Part shown: in pieces, positions 9,926-20,533 of the stretch | How positions within the stretch are numbered: the stretch's first letter is position 1 | Layout: each line of letters opens with the position of its first letter | NCBI GenBank assembly: GCA_965226235.1 | Contig: OZ245335.1 | Coordinates: 1,580,427-1,644,426 of the forward strand | Origin: Candidatus Oxydemutatoraceae bacterium | Lineage (GTDB): Bacteria; Pseudomonadota; Gammaproteobacteria; Poriferisulfidales; Oxydemutatoraceae | Reading direction: 5' to 3' | Length of the DNA: 64,000 nucleotides | The notes under the pieces: generated by a model | Told to the model about the DNA's origin: nothing | What the model saw: only the letters and a program-made list of their open reading frames with translations | Databases searched by the model: none | Made by a program: the position numbers and the translations under genes

Positions 9926-10190
9926 CCTCGGTGTGGTCGTTGGCCATTATAGCGGTCGAGGTAGTCCAGCAGATGCTGGTTGAATGCCCGTAGATCCTCG
10001 CCCAGAAGGTCTTCTTCATAATCAACAAAGTCTTCCTGCACAGTGCGGTTGAAACGCTCGTTGAAAGCGTTCATTTTCGGGCTTCTCGGGTAGGTATGGC
10101 AGTGGCGCCATCCTTGGCTCGGGCATAGTCGGCAAAGGCGCCCTGGAACTCGCTACCATTGTCCGTGAGTATCTGCTCGATGCGTACAGA
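9925..10190 (-). mobile_element. IS481-family internal/3' fragment (minus)
   Basis: ORF 9823-10074(-) MNAFNERFNRTVQEDFVDYEEDLLGEDLRAFNQHLLDYLDRYNGQRPHRGI… matches the complete IS481 copy. Joined to IS5 on one side and IS3 on the other. Confidence 0.65.
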
Positions 10191-10192
10191 TC

Positions 10193-10352
10193 TGGTGCTG
10201 GATGCCCTGGAGCAGGTGCTGTGTTGCAGAACGCCAACCCAAGGCGTTGTTTACCACGGTGACCGTGGCAATCAGTACCTGTCGCTACGCTACACCGAGC
10301 ATTTGGCTGAGGCTGGTGCAATGGCCTCGGTCGGCACAGTGTCGGGGACTGT
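10193..10352 (+). pseudogene. IS3-family orfB (integrase core) fragment, 5' piece; interrupted by the IS1634 insertion
   Basis: …DLVLDALEQVLCCRTPTQGVVYHGDRGNQYLSLRYTEHLAEAGAMASVGTVSG shows the HxDRGxQY integrase-core signature. Continues at 12437. Confidence 0.6.
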
Positions 10353-12436
10353 TACCCCATCTTTACCAATTTCCCTGAGATTGTGGCTGGATTTTGCACG
10401 ATCGGCGGTTTTTGTGGTTGTAACCTATTGATTTTTGGTGTGTGGCGGTGGAATAGCTGATGTAGTGCCATAATATGAATTATAAGGTTGACACCTCGGC
10501 ACGTTCCCGCTACCATACTCCCCATGTTCGTCCGCCGAACCCTCACCCGCCGTACCGGCGGCCAGGACTACCACTCCCACCGCCTCGTGCACAGCGAGCG
10601 CGACGGCGCCAAGGTGCACCAGCGCACGCTGCTGAACCTCGGCAATTTCGACATCCCCAAGGCACAGTGGCCGGCACTGTGCCGGCGCATCGACGAGATC
10701 TTGAACGGTCAGGCGCCGCTGCTCGACGAGGTGCCGGGCGCCGTCGAGGACGAGGCGCAACGGATCGCCGCGCAACTGCTGGCCCGAAGCCGGGCGGGGG
10801 ACGCGGAGGCGGCGCGCGATCTGGTTACGGTGGATGTGGATACGCTTTCGTTGACGCGCCCACGCAGCGTCGGTGTCGAGCAGGTGGGGCTGTGGGCGAT
10901 CAAGCGGTTGGGTCTGGTGGAATTGTTGGCCGGGCTGGGGGTCAACGCGGCCTTGCGCATGGCGGCGCTGGGTTCGATCGTGGCGCGGTTGGCGTATCCG
11001 GCCTCGGAGCGGGCGACGCACGCCTGGCTTCGGGAGCGCAGCGCGCTGGGGGAGTTGCTCAAGGTGGACTTCGAGACCATGGGGGCTATGCAGTTGTACC
11101 GGGCATCCGATGCGCTGATCAAGCACCGCGAAGCGATCGAGGCGCATCTGTTCGATCGGGCGATAGACCTGTTCGATCTGGCGCCGACGGTGACGCTCTA
11201 CGATTTGACGAACACCTTCTACGAGGGCGAGGCGGCGGATCAGCCCAACGCGCGGCGGGGTCATTCGAAGGAGAAGCGTAGCGATTGCAAGTTGCTGACG
11301 CTGGGGCTGGGGCTGGATGCGGGCGGCTTCGTGCGGCGCTCGCGGGTGTTCGCGGGCAACGTCAAGGAAGACCGGACCCTGCAAGGTATGCTCGAGGCGC
11401 TCGGGGCGCCGCCGGGGTCGCGCGTGGTGCTCGACCGGGGCATCGCCACACAGGCGCAGATCGACTGGCTTGCCGAGCACGGTTACCGCTACATCGTGGT
11501 CAGCCGCGAGCGCCGGCGCCGGTTCGACGCCGAGGCGGCCACGGCCCATCGCACCCGCACGGGCGGCACGGTGCATCTGGAGAAGGTGGCCGATCCCGAT
11601 GGCGGCGAGGTGCGGTTGTACTGTTACTCCGAGGAACGGGCGAACAAGGAACGCGGTATCGCCGAGCTTTTTGCGGCACGCTTCGAGCGGGGTCTCAAAG
11701 CGCTCGACGAGGGGCTGTCGCGGCCGCGCACGCAGAAGAAGCCGGACAAGATCTGGCAGCGCATCGGGCGACTTAAGGAGAAAAGCCGCGGCGTCGGCCA
11801 GCACTACGACATTGAGGTCGAGGCCAACGAGACGGGCGAGCGGGCGGTGGCAGTGCGCTGGCGGAAAAAGCCCGTGACGGGCACGATGCTCACCCATCCC
11901 GGCGTCTATTGTCTGCGCAGCAACGAGATCGACTGGAGCGAGCAGCGGCTGTGGCGCACCTACACCCTGCTCACGGATCTCGAGGCGGTGTTCCGTGCCC
12001 TGAAATCCGAACTGGGCCTGCGCCCCATCCATCACCGCAAGGCGCGCCGCGCCGAGGGGCATCTGTTCATCACGGTAATCGCCTACCAACTCGTCCAGGT
12101 GATCCGCCGGCGCCTGGCCGAGCGCGGCGACGAGCCGATCCGCAGTGCGAGCTGGACGACGCTCAGGCGGATACTCGGCGGGCGCCAACGCGTGACCGCG
12201 ACGTTCAAGCGCGCCGACAGGCGCACCGTGCATGTGCGCAAGGCGACGCGTGCAGAGCCGAAACAACAGGCGATACTCGATGCCTTGGGAATTACTTTAT
12301 CGGCCGGGGGGACGCAGAAGGCGATCGTCTGAGCCGAAATCATCGGGTGCGGCGCGAATGTAGTGCCATACACGCGATTCTAACAACGTAACCCGTTGAG
12401 ATATAAAGATTTATTTTTTTTGTTGGTAAACTTGGG
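10353..12436 (+). mobile_element. IS1634-family insertion sequence (IS4 superfamily), apparently complete, very high GC (~68%)
   Basis: Single long transposase ORF. Element splits the IS3 orfB remnant between …SVGTVSGDCY and YDNALAE…. Imperfect terminal IRs share TTTACCAA. Boundaries +/-20 bp. Confidence 0.65.
10524..12332 (+). CDS. tnp: IS1634-family DDE transposase (603 aa from MFVRRTL…)
   Basis: Motifs …YDLTNTFYEGE…GHSKEKRSDCKLLTLGLGLD…YIVVSRERR… plus C-terminal …RPIHHRKARRAEGHLFITVIAYQL…, typical of IS1634/IS4 transposases. Confidence 0.75.
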   Translation: MFVRRTLTRRTGGQDYHSHRLVHSERDGAKVHQRTLLNLGNFDIPKAQWPALCRRIDEILNGQAPLLDEVPGAVEDEAQRIAAQLLARSRAGDAEAARDLVTVDVDTLSLTRPRSVGVEQVGLWAIKRLGLVELLAGLGVNAALRMAALGSIVARLAYPASERATHAWLRERSALGELLKVDFETMGAMQLYRASDALIKHREAIEAHLFDRAIDLFDLAPTVTLYDLTNTFYEGEAADQPNARRGHSKEKRSDCKLLTLGLGLDAGGFVRRSRVFAGNVKEDRTLQGMLEALGAPPGSRVVLDRGIATQAQIDWLAEHGYRYIVVSRERRRRFDAEAATAHRTRTGGTVHLEKVADPDGGEVRLYCYSEERANKERGIAELFAARFERGLKALDEGLSRPRTQKKPDKIWQRIGRLKEKSRGVGQHYDIEVEANETGERAVAVRWRKKPVTGTMLTHPGVYCLRSNEIDWSEQRLWRTYTLLTDLEAVFRALKSELGLRPIHHRKARRAEGHLFITVIAYQLVQVIRRRLAERGDEPIRSASWTTLRRILGGRQRVTATFKRADRRTVHVRKATRAEPKQQAILDALGITLSAGGTQKAIV

Positions 12437-12700
12437 TTACGACAACGCACTGGCCGAGACGATCATCGGTGTGTACAAGACGGAGGTGATCCGCCGCCGC
12501 GGTCCGTGGCATACGCTCAAGCAAGTGGAACATGCGACCCTGGAATGGGTGGACTGGTTCAACAACCGCAGATTGTTGGGGGCAATTGGCCACGTGTCTC
12601 TTGAGGAGGTGGAAATGGTGTATTGTTACCACTTGACTCAAACAAAACAGTCTCTGGAACTCTTGGGGCGGTTTAAACGCACGGGTTTGCCCCTCTGTGA
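12437..12700 (+). pseudogene. IS3-family orfB fragment, 3' piece (C-terminus of integrase)
   Basis: …YDNALAETIIGVYKTEVIRRRGPWHTLKQVEHATLEWVDWFNNRRLLGAIGHVSLEEVE…, the canonical IS3 OrfB C-terminus. Confidence 0.6.
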
Positions 12701-12719
12701 GCTTCAGCCTTTATTACCG

Positions 12720-13697
12720 ATGCTTGTTAGCAGAGATTTTATTTTTATCCATGTGCCCAAAACCGGCGGCATTTTTATGCGCAACGTGCTTCATGTTCTG
12801 TCAGAAAAAAGCCCGCATTTGTTCCTTCTCGGCTCCAGGCGTGCACCTCCAAACAGATGGCTTGCGTTTCTGCGTAAGTATTACCGCCCCACGCTAAGAA
12901 ACTGGGATTATTCTCTGCACAGGTTGTTCGTAAAAAATCTTTACTGGAGGAAAGATAAGGCAAGCCTGCTGCTGATTCGTTGGCGAGGCGCTAGGCGAAG
13001 GAAATCTGGTTTCAATGTGCAGCATGCGAATTGCGAGTGTATACCCGAAGTTCACCAGCACAAACTGGTACTTTCCATAAAGCGGGATCCGCTTGCATAC
13101 CATGTGTCCTGCTACTGCTTCCGGGGTGGACGCGTATTTTGGTGGAGAAAACGGTACTGGGAACAACAATACCAACGAGCGGTGTCCAAGAGAGAAGTAT
13201 GCAGGATCAATTCCAGGCAAGAGGGCGTTCCTGACTTCGGTGAATTCGTAAGGTTTTTCAACGAAAAGTTCCCTCGCATGCATTTTTTCAGGCATAAGCG
13301 TTGCCGCCTGCCCTCGTCCATCGGGTTTATGAGTTACATTTATATCTGGTATTTTTTCAGGGAGCCTATGAAGGTGCTTTCCAAAACCGATGTGCAACTG
13401 GCCGAGTATTTTGAGAGTCAGCGTTACCGGCAGGACATGTACCGGGTGCACTTTCTTCGCACGGAGCATCTGAACGCCGACATGCACGATTTTCTTTTAA
13501 GCAGAGGTTTTGACCGGGAGGTGCTCAGGTTCATTCCAGCACAGGGAAAAGTCAACGTGAGCGTGGCAACGGACCCTGCAGCCTGGTTTACCTCGGAGCT
13601 CATCGACTACGTTAAGGAGAAGAACCGGATTTACTATCGATATTTCTGGTGTGACGGCAGCGCGGAATCGACGGGAGCGCTCGATGGTCGCGTCTGA
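12720..13697 (+). CDS. sulfotransferase-family protein, paralog 1 (325 aa)
   Basis: 5'-PSB-like motif FIFIHVPKTGG and 3'-PB-like motif KRDPLAYHVS. Trp/Arg/Tyr-rich. C-terminal ~200 aa ~80-90% identical to paralogs 2 and 3. Confidence 0.6.
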   Translation: MLVSRDFIFIHVPKTGGIFMRNVLHVLSEKSPHLFLLGSRRAPPNRWLAFLRKYYRPTLRNWDYSLHRLFVKNLYWRKDKASLLLIRWRGARRRKSGFNVQHANCECIPEVHQHKLVLSIKRDPLAYHVSCYCFRGGRVFWWRKRYWEQQYQRAVSKREVCRINSRQEGVPDFGEFVRFFNEKFPRMHFFRHKRCRLPSSIGFMSYIYIWYFFREPMKVLSKTDVQLAEYFESQRYRQDMYRVHFLRTEHLNADMHDFLLSRGFDREVLRFIPAQGKVNVSVATDPAAWFTSELIDYVKEKNRIYYRYFWCDGSAESTGALDGRV

Positions 13698-13733
13698 CCG
13701 ACCTGTCCCGCGTTTACTTTGGTCATAGCGCCG

Positions 13734-14705
13734 ATGTGGGTGAGTAAGGATTTTGTTTTTATCCATGTGCCCAAAACCGGCGGCAGTTTTGTTCGTTCTA
13801 TTCTGTCAAAAGAAAGCCTGCCTTTGCTCCGTATAAGACATTACCATGGCGGTTTATTGAGCAAGTGGCTGCTAATAAAGGGTGGCGTTTTTTTTACGCA
13901 AGGTGCGGGCAAAAACCTGTACTACCGGAGGAAAAATAAATGGAGTTGGGTGCCGATTCGTTGGGTGGAGGCTGTGCGCAAAGTCCACCGCCGTTTAGTT
14001 TTTATGTGGTCTCCGAGAGGTCCGATGATTCATGCGAATTGCGAGCGTATACCGGAAGCACACCAGCACAAACCGGTGCTTTCCATAAAGCGGGATCCGC
14101 TTGCATACCATGTGTCCTGCTACTGTTATGAGGATGGCACCGTGTTTGGGTGGAAACAAGGGTACTGGCACCAGCAGTATCAGCAAGCGGCGTCCAGGAA
14201 AGAGAAAAACAGGATCAATTCCAGGCAGGAGGAGGTTCCTGACTTCGGTGAATTCGTAAGGTTTTTCAACGAAGAGTCGCCCCGCATGCATTTTTTCAGG
14301 CATGAGCACTGCCGCCTGCCCTCGTCCATCGGGTTTATGAGTTACATTTATATCTGGTATTTTTTCAGGGAGCCTATGAAGGTGCTTTCCAAAACCGATG
14401 CACAACTGGCCGAGTATTTTAAGAGTCAGCGTTACCGGCAGGACATGTACCGGGTGCACTTTCTTCGCACGGAGCATCTGAACGCCGACATGCACGATTT
14501 TCTTTTGAGCGGAGGTTTTGACCGGGAGGTGCTCAGGTCCATTCCAGCGCTGGAAAAAACTAACGTGAGCGTTAAAAAGGATCCCGAGACTTGGTTCACC
14601 CCGGGGCTCATCGACTATATCGAAGAGAAGAACTGGATTTACTATCGGTATTTCTGGCGTGACGACAGCGCGGAATCGACGGGAGCGCTAGATGGTCGCG
14701 TCTGA
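13734..14705 (+). CDS. sulfotransferase-family protein, paralog 2 (ATG at 13734; upstream TTG possible)
   Basis: MWVSKDFVFIHVPKTGGSF…KRDPLAYHVSCYCY… Divergent N-terminal third, conserved C-terminal two-thirds. Confidence 0.6.
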   Translation: MWVSKDFVFIHVPKTGGSFVRSILSKESLPLLRIRHYHGGLLSKWLLIKGGVFFTQGAGKNLYYRRKNKWSWVPIRWVEAVRKVHRRLVFMWSPRGPMIHANCERIPEAHQHKPVLSIKRDPLAYHVSCYCYEDGTVFGWKQGYWHQQYQQAASRKEKNRINSRQEEVPDFGEFVRFFNEESPRMHFFRHEHCRLPSSIGFMSYIYIWYFFREPMKVLSKTDAQLAEYFKSQRYRQDMYRVHFLRTEHLNADMHDFLLSGGFDREVLRSIPALEKTNVSVKKDPETWFTPGLIDYIEEKNWIYYRYFWRDDSAESTGALDGRV

Positions 14706-14741
14706 CCGGCCTGTCCCGCGTTTACTTTGGTCATAGCGCCG

Positions 14742-15761
14742 ATGTGGGTGAGTAAGGATTTTATTTTTATCCATGTGCCCAAAACCGGCGGCAATTTTGT
14801 TCGCGCCGTTCTCGTTCTGTTAGAAAAAAGCCTGCATTTGCCCCGTATCCGCCCTGCTTCTGGCAAGTGGCGTGTTTTTCTAAGTGGGTGGTACTGGCGT
14901 ACCGTGCTGGAAATGTGGCATGCCACGCCGACAGGCTGGCGTGTTTCTCTGCACAGGTCGTTGGCAAAAAGCCTGTACCGGAGAAAAGGCAAAGCGAGCC
15001 TGCTACTGATTCGTTGGTTGTGGACCTTGCGTAGGACGTTCGATCGTCTGTATCCGCAACGGTGGTCTCCGAGGGATCTGATGCTTCATGCGAACTGCGA
15101 GTGTATACCGGAAGCGCACCAGCACAAACCGGTGCTTTCCATAAAGCGGGATCCGCTTGCATACCATGTGTCCTGCTACTGTTATCGGGATGGCGCCGTG
15201 TTTTGGTGGAGAAAACGGTATTGGCACCAACAGTATCAGCAAGCGGCGTCCAGGAAAGAGGAAGACAGGATCAATTCCAGGCAGGAGGAGATTCCTGACT
15301 TCGGTGAATTCGTAAGGTTTTTCAACGAAGAGTTGCCCCGCATGCATTTTTTCAGGCATAAGCGCTGCCGTCTGCCCTCGTCCATCGGGTTTATGAGTTA
15401 CATTTATATCTGGTATTTTTTCAGGGAGCCTATGAAGGTGCTTTCCAAAACCGATGTGCAACTGGCCGAGTATTTTGAGAGTCAGCGTTACCGGCAGGAC
15501 ATGTGCCGGGTACACTTTCTTCGCACGGGGCATCTGAATGCCGATCTGCACGATTTTCTTTTGAGCGGAGGTTTTGACCGGGAGGTGCTCAGGTTCATTC
15601 CAGCGCAGGAAAAAGCTAACGTGAGCGTTAAAAAGGATCCCGAGACTTGGTTCACCCCGGGGCTCATCGACTATATCGAAGAGAAGAACTGGATTTACTA
15701 TCGGTATTTCTGGCGTGACGACAGCGCGGGATCGACGGAGACGCTAGATGGTCGCGTCTGA
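14742..15761 (+). CDS. sulfotransferase-family protein, paralog 3
   Basis: MWVSKDFIFIHVPKTGGNF…KRDPLAYHVSCYCY… Same repeat unit as paralog 2. Confidence 0.6.
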   Translation: MWVSKDFIFIHVPKTGGNFVRAVLVLLEKSLHLPRIRPASGKWRVFLSGWYWRTVLEMWHATPTGWRVSLHRSLAKSLYRRKGKASLLLIRWLWTLRRTFDRLYPQRWSPRDLMLHANCECIPEAHQHKPVLSIKRDPLAYHVSCYCYRDGAVFWWRKRYWHQQYQQAASRKEEDRINSRQEEIPDFGEFVRFFNEELPRMHFFRHKRCRLPSSIGFMSYIYIWYFFREPMKVLSKTDVQLAEYFESQRYRQDMCRVHFLRTGHLNADLHDFLLSGGFDREVLRFIPAQEKANVSVKKDPETWFTPGLIDYIEEKNWIYYRYFWRDDSAGSTETLDGRV

Positions 15762-15797
15762 CCGGCCTGTCCCGCGTTTACTTTGGTCATAGCGCCG

Positions 15798-15990
15798 ATG
15801 TGGGTGAGTAAGGATTTTGTTTTTATCCATGTGCCCAAAACCGGCGGCAATTTTGTTCGCGCCGTTCTGTCAGAAAAAAGCCTGCATTTGCCCCGTATCC
15901 GCCCCTCGCGTCCTGTTTCTGGCAAGTGGCGTGTTTCTCTGCACAGGTCGTTGGCAAAAAGCCTGTACCGGAGAAAAGGCAAAGCGAGCC

Positions 15991-15995
<5 letters not shown>
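15798..15995 (+). pseudogene. sulfotransferase paralog 4, 5' remnant (~65 codons), truncated at the wrbA-block breakpoint
   Basis: MWVSKDFVFIHVPKTGGNFVRAVLSEKSLHLPRIRP…SLAKSLYRRKGKASL then unrelated sequence. Lacks a 23-codon stretch present in paralog 3. Confidence 0.6.
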
Positions 15996-17348
<1,353 letters not shown>

Positions 17349-17356
17349 TCAGCCTG

Positions 17357-17531
17357 GCCACGTGGGCGTGGATCAAGGTTTGTCCGTTGATAGCCATGCC
17401 GCCGCGGCTACAAGCCTTGGTGTCGCTCGGCTACAAGGCTGCCGATGCGCGCAGGGTGATCCGGCAGGCGGCAAAATCGGATGACTCGGTGGAAGACATG
17501 ATCAAAGCCGCGCTGAAAGACAGTCTGTAAC
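17357..17531 (+). pseudogene. ruvA: ruvA 3' remnant (C-terminal domain III only)
   Basis: …RLQALVSLGYKAADARRVIRQAAKSDDSVEDMIKAALKDSL* resembles the RuvA C-terminal domain. No upstream part; a full ruvA starts at 63782. Confidence 0.55.
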
Positions 17532-17573
17532 ATCCGATATGGCCACAAGCGATGGATTTTGACGAGCCAGGCA

Positions 17574-17842
17574 ATGACTGAATCCAACTCTCTGCTGAAC
17601 GCACGCCGCACCCAGGGCGAAATCGGTGCGGACATGCGCGTTCGCCCCGAGCAACTGGATCAATATATCGGCCAGGAGACGGTGTGCGAGCAGATGCGCG
17701 TGTTCATCGAAGCAGCGCGCGGGCGCCAGGTGACCGCGCTCACCTGGCGTTATTTCAATCTTGACCCACCGGACGACCACGCTGCGCCGTCTCCGCCGAG
17801 CCTCTTCTGAAACCGGGTCACCCAGGCGATCTTGCGCCCGGC
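17574..17842 (+). pseudogene. ruvB: ruvB 5' remnant, degraded and truncated by IS481
   Basis: MTESNSLLNARRTQGEIGADMRVRPEQLDQYIGQETVCEQMRVFIEAARGRQ… resembles the RuvB N-terminus. Downstream Walker-A region is frameshifted before the IS481 left end at 17843. Confidence 0.55.
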
Positions 17843-18852
17843 AGGCACGGGATGTATGAGTTCAGAAACAAATGGGAGGCGATGATGGGAACCAATGCCC
17901 AACAGAAACCGGACGCGCCAACATTCTGGAACAATCACGGATTAAATGCCACCCGGGATGCTTTCAAGGTCGGCCGCTCGACGCTGTACCGCTGGCGCAA
18001 AGCTCACCACGAAAGTGGGTTGAGTAGGCTGCATGATCGTAGCAGAGCTCCGCACCAGCGCCGCCGGCGCAACTGGCCACCGGCGCTGTGCGCTGAAATA
18101 CGCCGGCTACGCAACGTTTTTCCGAACCTGGGCAAGGACAAGCTGCACGTACTGTTGCGCCCCTGGTGCGAACGTCACGAGCTGGCCTGCCCCAGTGTGA
18201 GCACCATCGAGCGCTTGATCGGCGATACACCGGACAAGATGCGTCTTGTGCCGACGCGCTTGACGCCGAAAGGCAAGGCCAAATCATTGCGCCGCCAACG
18301 TTTCAAGCAACGGCTGGGCAAAGGCTTCTGCGCGGATTACCCAGGTCACTGCGTCGCATTCGACACAGTAGTGCGCTTCATCGGGCGCACCCGCCGCTAC
18401 CTGCTCACGGCCACCGACCACGCCAGCCGCTTTGCGCTGGCGATCGCGGTTTCCCGTTACGACAGCCAGCACGCCGCACGCTTCGCGGCATTGGTCAAAA
18501 CCCTGTTTCCGGGGCGCATCGAGCAGATACTCACGGACAATGGTAGCGAGTTCCAGGGCGCCTTTGCCGACTATGCCCGAGCGCAGGGATGGCGCCACTG
18601 CCATACCTACCCGAGAAGCCCGAAAATGAACGCTTTCAACGAGCGTTTCAACCGCACTGTGCAGGAAGACTTTGTTGATTATGAAGAAGACCTTCTGGCC
18701 GAGGATCTACGGGCGTTCAACCAGCATCTGCTGGACTACCTCGACTGCTATAATGGCCAACGACCACACCGAGGAATCGACAACCGCACACCCTGTCAAA
18801 TGCTTGCTCAACACTGGCCTCATTTGTCCCAATATGTGGTGGACCCATACAG
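17843..18852 (+). mobile_element. IS481-family insertion sequence, apparently complete (~1.0 kb)
   Basis: Terminal IRs TGTATGAGTTCAGAAACAAATGGGA … TCCCAATATGTGGTGGACCCATACAG. Single transposase ORF. Reference copy for at least 6 fragments elsewhere in the window. Confidence 0.75.
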
Positions 18853-18865
18853 GTGCTTGCCATAG
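17882..18865 (+). CDS. tnp: IS481-family DDE transposase/integrase (stop lies 13 nt beyond the right IR)
   Basis: HTH region (…VGRSTLYRWRKAHHESGLSRLHDRSRAPHQ), rve core (…LLTATDHASRFALAIAV…DNGSEFQ…) and C-terminus …LDCYNGQRPHRGIDNRTP. Confidence 0.75.
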   Translation: MMGTNAQQKPDAPTFWNNHGLNATRDAFKVGRSTLYRWRKAHHESGLSRLHDRSRAPHQRRRRNWPPALCAEIRRLRNVFPNLGKDKLHVLLRPWCERHELACPSVSTIERLIGDTPDKMRLVPTRLTPKGKAKSLRRQRFKQRLGKGFCADYPGHCVAFDTVVRFIGRTRRYLLTATDHASRFALAIAVSRYDSQHAARFAALVKTLFPGRIEQILTDNGSEFQGAFADYARAQGWRHCHTYPRSPKMNAFNERFNRTVQEDFVDYEEDLLAEDLRAFNQHLLDYLDCYNGQRPHRGIDNRTPCQMLAQHWPHLSQYVVDPYRCLP

Positions 18866-19128
18866 GCTACCCAAAATGGATAGAATCTTAGCTCTGCCAA
18901 CCGAGGAATGAAAAATCTGTGTCCTTGACTTGAACCGTTTTATAATTCGATGAGCCAAACCCAGGACCATCGAGCAACGGAAAGCAATGCGCTGAAAAAC
19001 ATGCTGGTTGCAACAGTCTTTAAAGCACCGGGGCCTGCGGATAGTTCCCTTGTAGCCGGCGCGCAGGATTTGATTTATCAAGGGACAGGATTGCAGAGGC
19101 TTGAGAAGCAGCGGCTTCCCAAAAATCC

Positions 19129-20487
19129 ATGCATATGGAATCGATGAGTGTTCCAAAGCACGCCAAGTATCTGGTAGTGGGCGCGGGGGTGCATGGGCTC
19201 AGTACCGCCTATCATCTTGCGACACAGTTCAAGGCTCGCGGTACCGGAAGCGGACGGGATATCCTCGTGCTGGATAAAAACGACATTGGGGCAGGTGCTT
19301 CAGGGATTGCGTGTGGCGTGATTCGCAACAACTATTTCCAGCCAGCCATGCGGGAGCTCATGCAACACAGCGTGGAAGTGTGGGAAAGCGACCTGGAGGC
19401 TTTTCACTATCACCCCGTAGGCTATATTCAGGCGGCCCCCGAAGCGATGCGCGCAGACACCGCCAGCATTTCCAGACAACAAAATGAAATTGGATATGAA
19501 TCCGTATACATCGAAGGCGAAAAGGAATGCGGTAAATACATGCGAAATATTTTCAGCGACTGGCAGGCCAAAAACATTTCCGTGGTCCTGCATGAAAAAC
19601 GCGGCGGTTATGCGAATAACCTGCCTAGCATGAAAGGCCTTGCCGCAAAAGCCGAGCACGAAGGCGTGCGTATTTTGCCGAACACCCAGGTGACGGGGTT
19701 TCGAAGGCATTCCGCAAGCGACGCAATCGAAGGGGTAGAGACGGACCAAGGCACCATTTCATGCGAGTATGTGATTATCGCTGCAGGGCCATGGATAAAA
19801 ACTATCTGGGAAATGCTTGAATTACCTAAGAATATTACAGTCAAGAGCTTAAACGGCACAACCCGTAACAACATGCCGATGTGGGTGTTCTGGTCGTTGC
19901 AGGAAGGCACATTGGGTGTCGATCCCGCCATGCAAAAAATGAATAACGGTGATTTTCCGCCCGTTATACACGTGGATACGGACGCGCCACTGTATTCAGA
20001 TCGCAACGGCAAGTTGATCACAAACAAGCTATGGGGCATTTACTACAAGCCTGATTTCAATTTTGGCGGCGTACAGGGAGGAACCGTACCTTTCAAAATA
20101 GATACGAACCCTGATGAAGTGAACGTGGACCCATACGGGCCTGATTCGCCTGACTATATCGTTGATGAAAGCTTCGCGGAGATGTGGGTTTCAGCCTTGG
20201 CGCATTGTCAAAAAAGATTTGAAGGCACGCTTCCAAGTTATAAAAATGAGGCTTCCGGTGGGATTGGCGCGTTCACGCCGGACAGTTTTCCCGTCTTCGA
20301 TGTTTTTTGTGACAACTGCTACATCATTGCCGACTCCAATCACGGGTACAAAATGATTGGCGTCGGGAAACTGGTTGCCGAGGAAATTGTCGGCGAGCGG
20401 CAAAAATTGCTCGAGCCATTCAGATTTTCCCGCTATGCGGAAGGGAAACTGCACCCGGTATCGAACAGCCCCTACCCGTGGAGCTAG
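19129..20487 (+). CDS. FAD-dependent oxidoreductase, sarcosine-oxidase-beta/DAO family paralog (452 aa)
   Basis: N-terminal dinucleotide-binding motif KYLVVGAGVHGLSTAYHLA, the same signature as the soxB-like gene at 31814. C-terminal extension. First gene of the gmaS-mgsABC block. Confidence 0.65.
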   Translation: MHMESMSVPKHAKYLVVGAGVHGLSTAYHLATQFKARGTGSGRDILVLDKNDIGAGASGIACGVIRNNYFQPAMRELMQHSVEVWESDLEAFHYHPVGYIQAAPEAMRADTASISRQQNEIGYESVYIEGEKECGKYMRNIFSDWQAKNISVVLHEKRGGYANNLPSMKGLAAKAEHEGVRILPNTQVTGFRRHSASDAIEGVETDQGTISCEYVIIAAGPWIKTIWEMLELPKNITVKSLNGTTRNNMPMWVFWSLQEGTLGVDPAMQKMNNGDFPPVIHVDTDAPLYSDRNGKLITNKLWGIYYKPDFNFGGVQGGTVPFKIDTNPDEVNVDPYGPDSPDYIVDESFAEMWVSALAHCQKRFEGTLPSYKNEASGGIGAFTPDSFPVFDVFCDNCYIIADSNHGYKMIGVGKLVAEEIVGERQKLLEPFRFSRYAEGKLHPVSNSPYPWS

Positions 20488-20533
20488 GAAGTCTAGAAAC
20501 AATAAAGCACGCAAATCTCAAGGAGCGAAACAA

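Noticed and set aside
9351-10028. N-terminal MLIMKKTFW… segment of the IS5 ORF (also ORFs 18672-18911 and 36974-37291)
   Set aside because: This peptide is the antisense reading of the IS481 C-terminal coding region (…EDFVDYEEDLL…); it marks IS481 fragments, not a real protein domain.
10425-12266. 613-aa minus-strand ORF and several 150-270-aa Arg/Gly-rich ORFs across the IS1634 element
   Set aside because: Antisense/alternate frames of the 68%-GC transposase gene; only the plus-strand frame carries IS1634 motifs.
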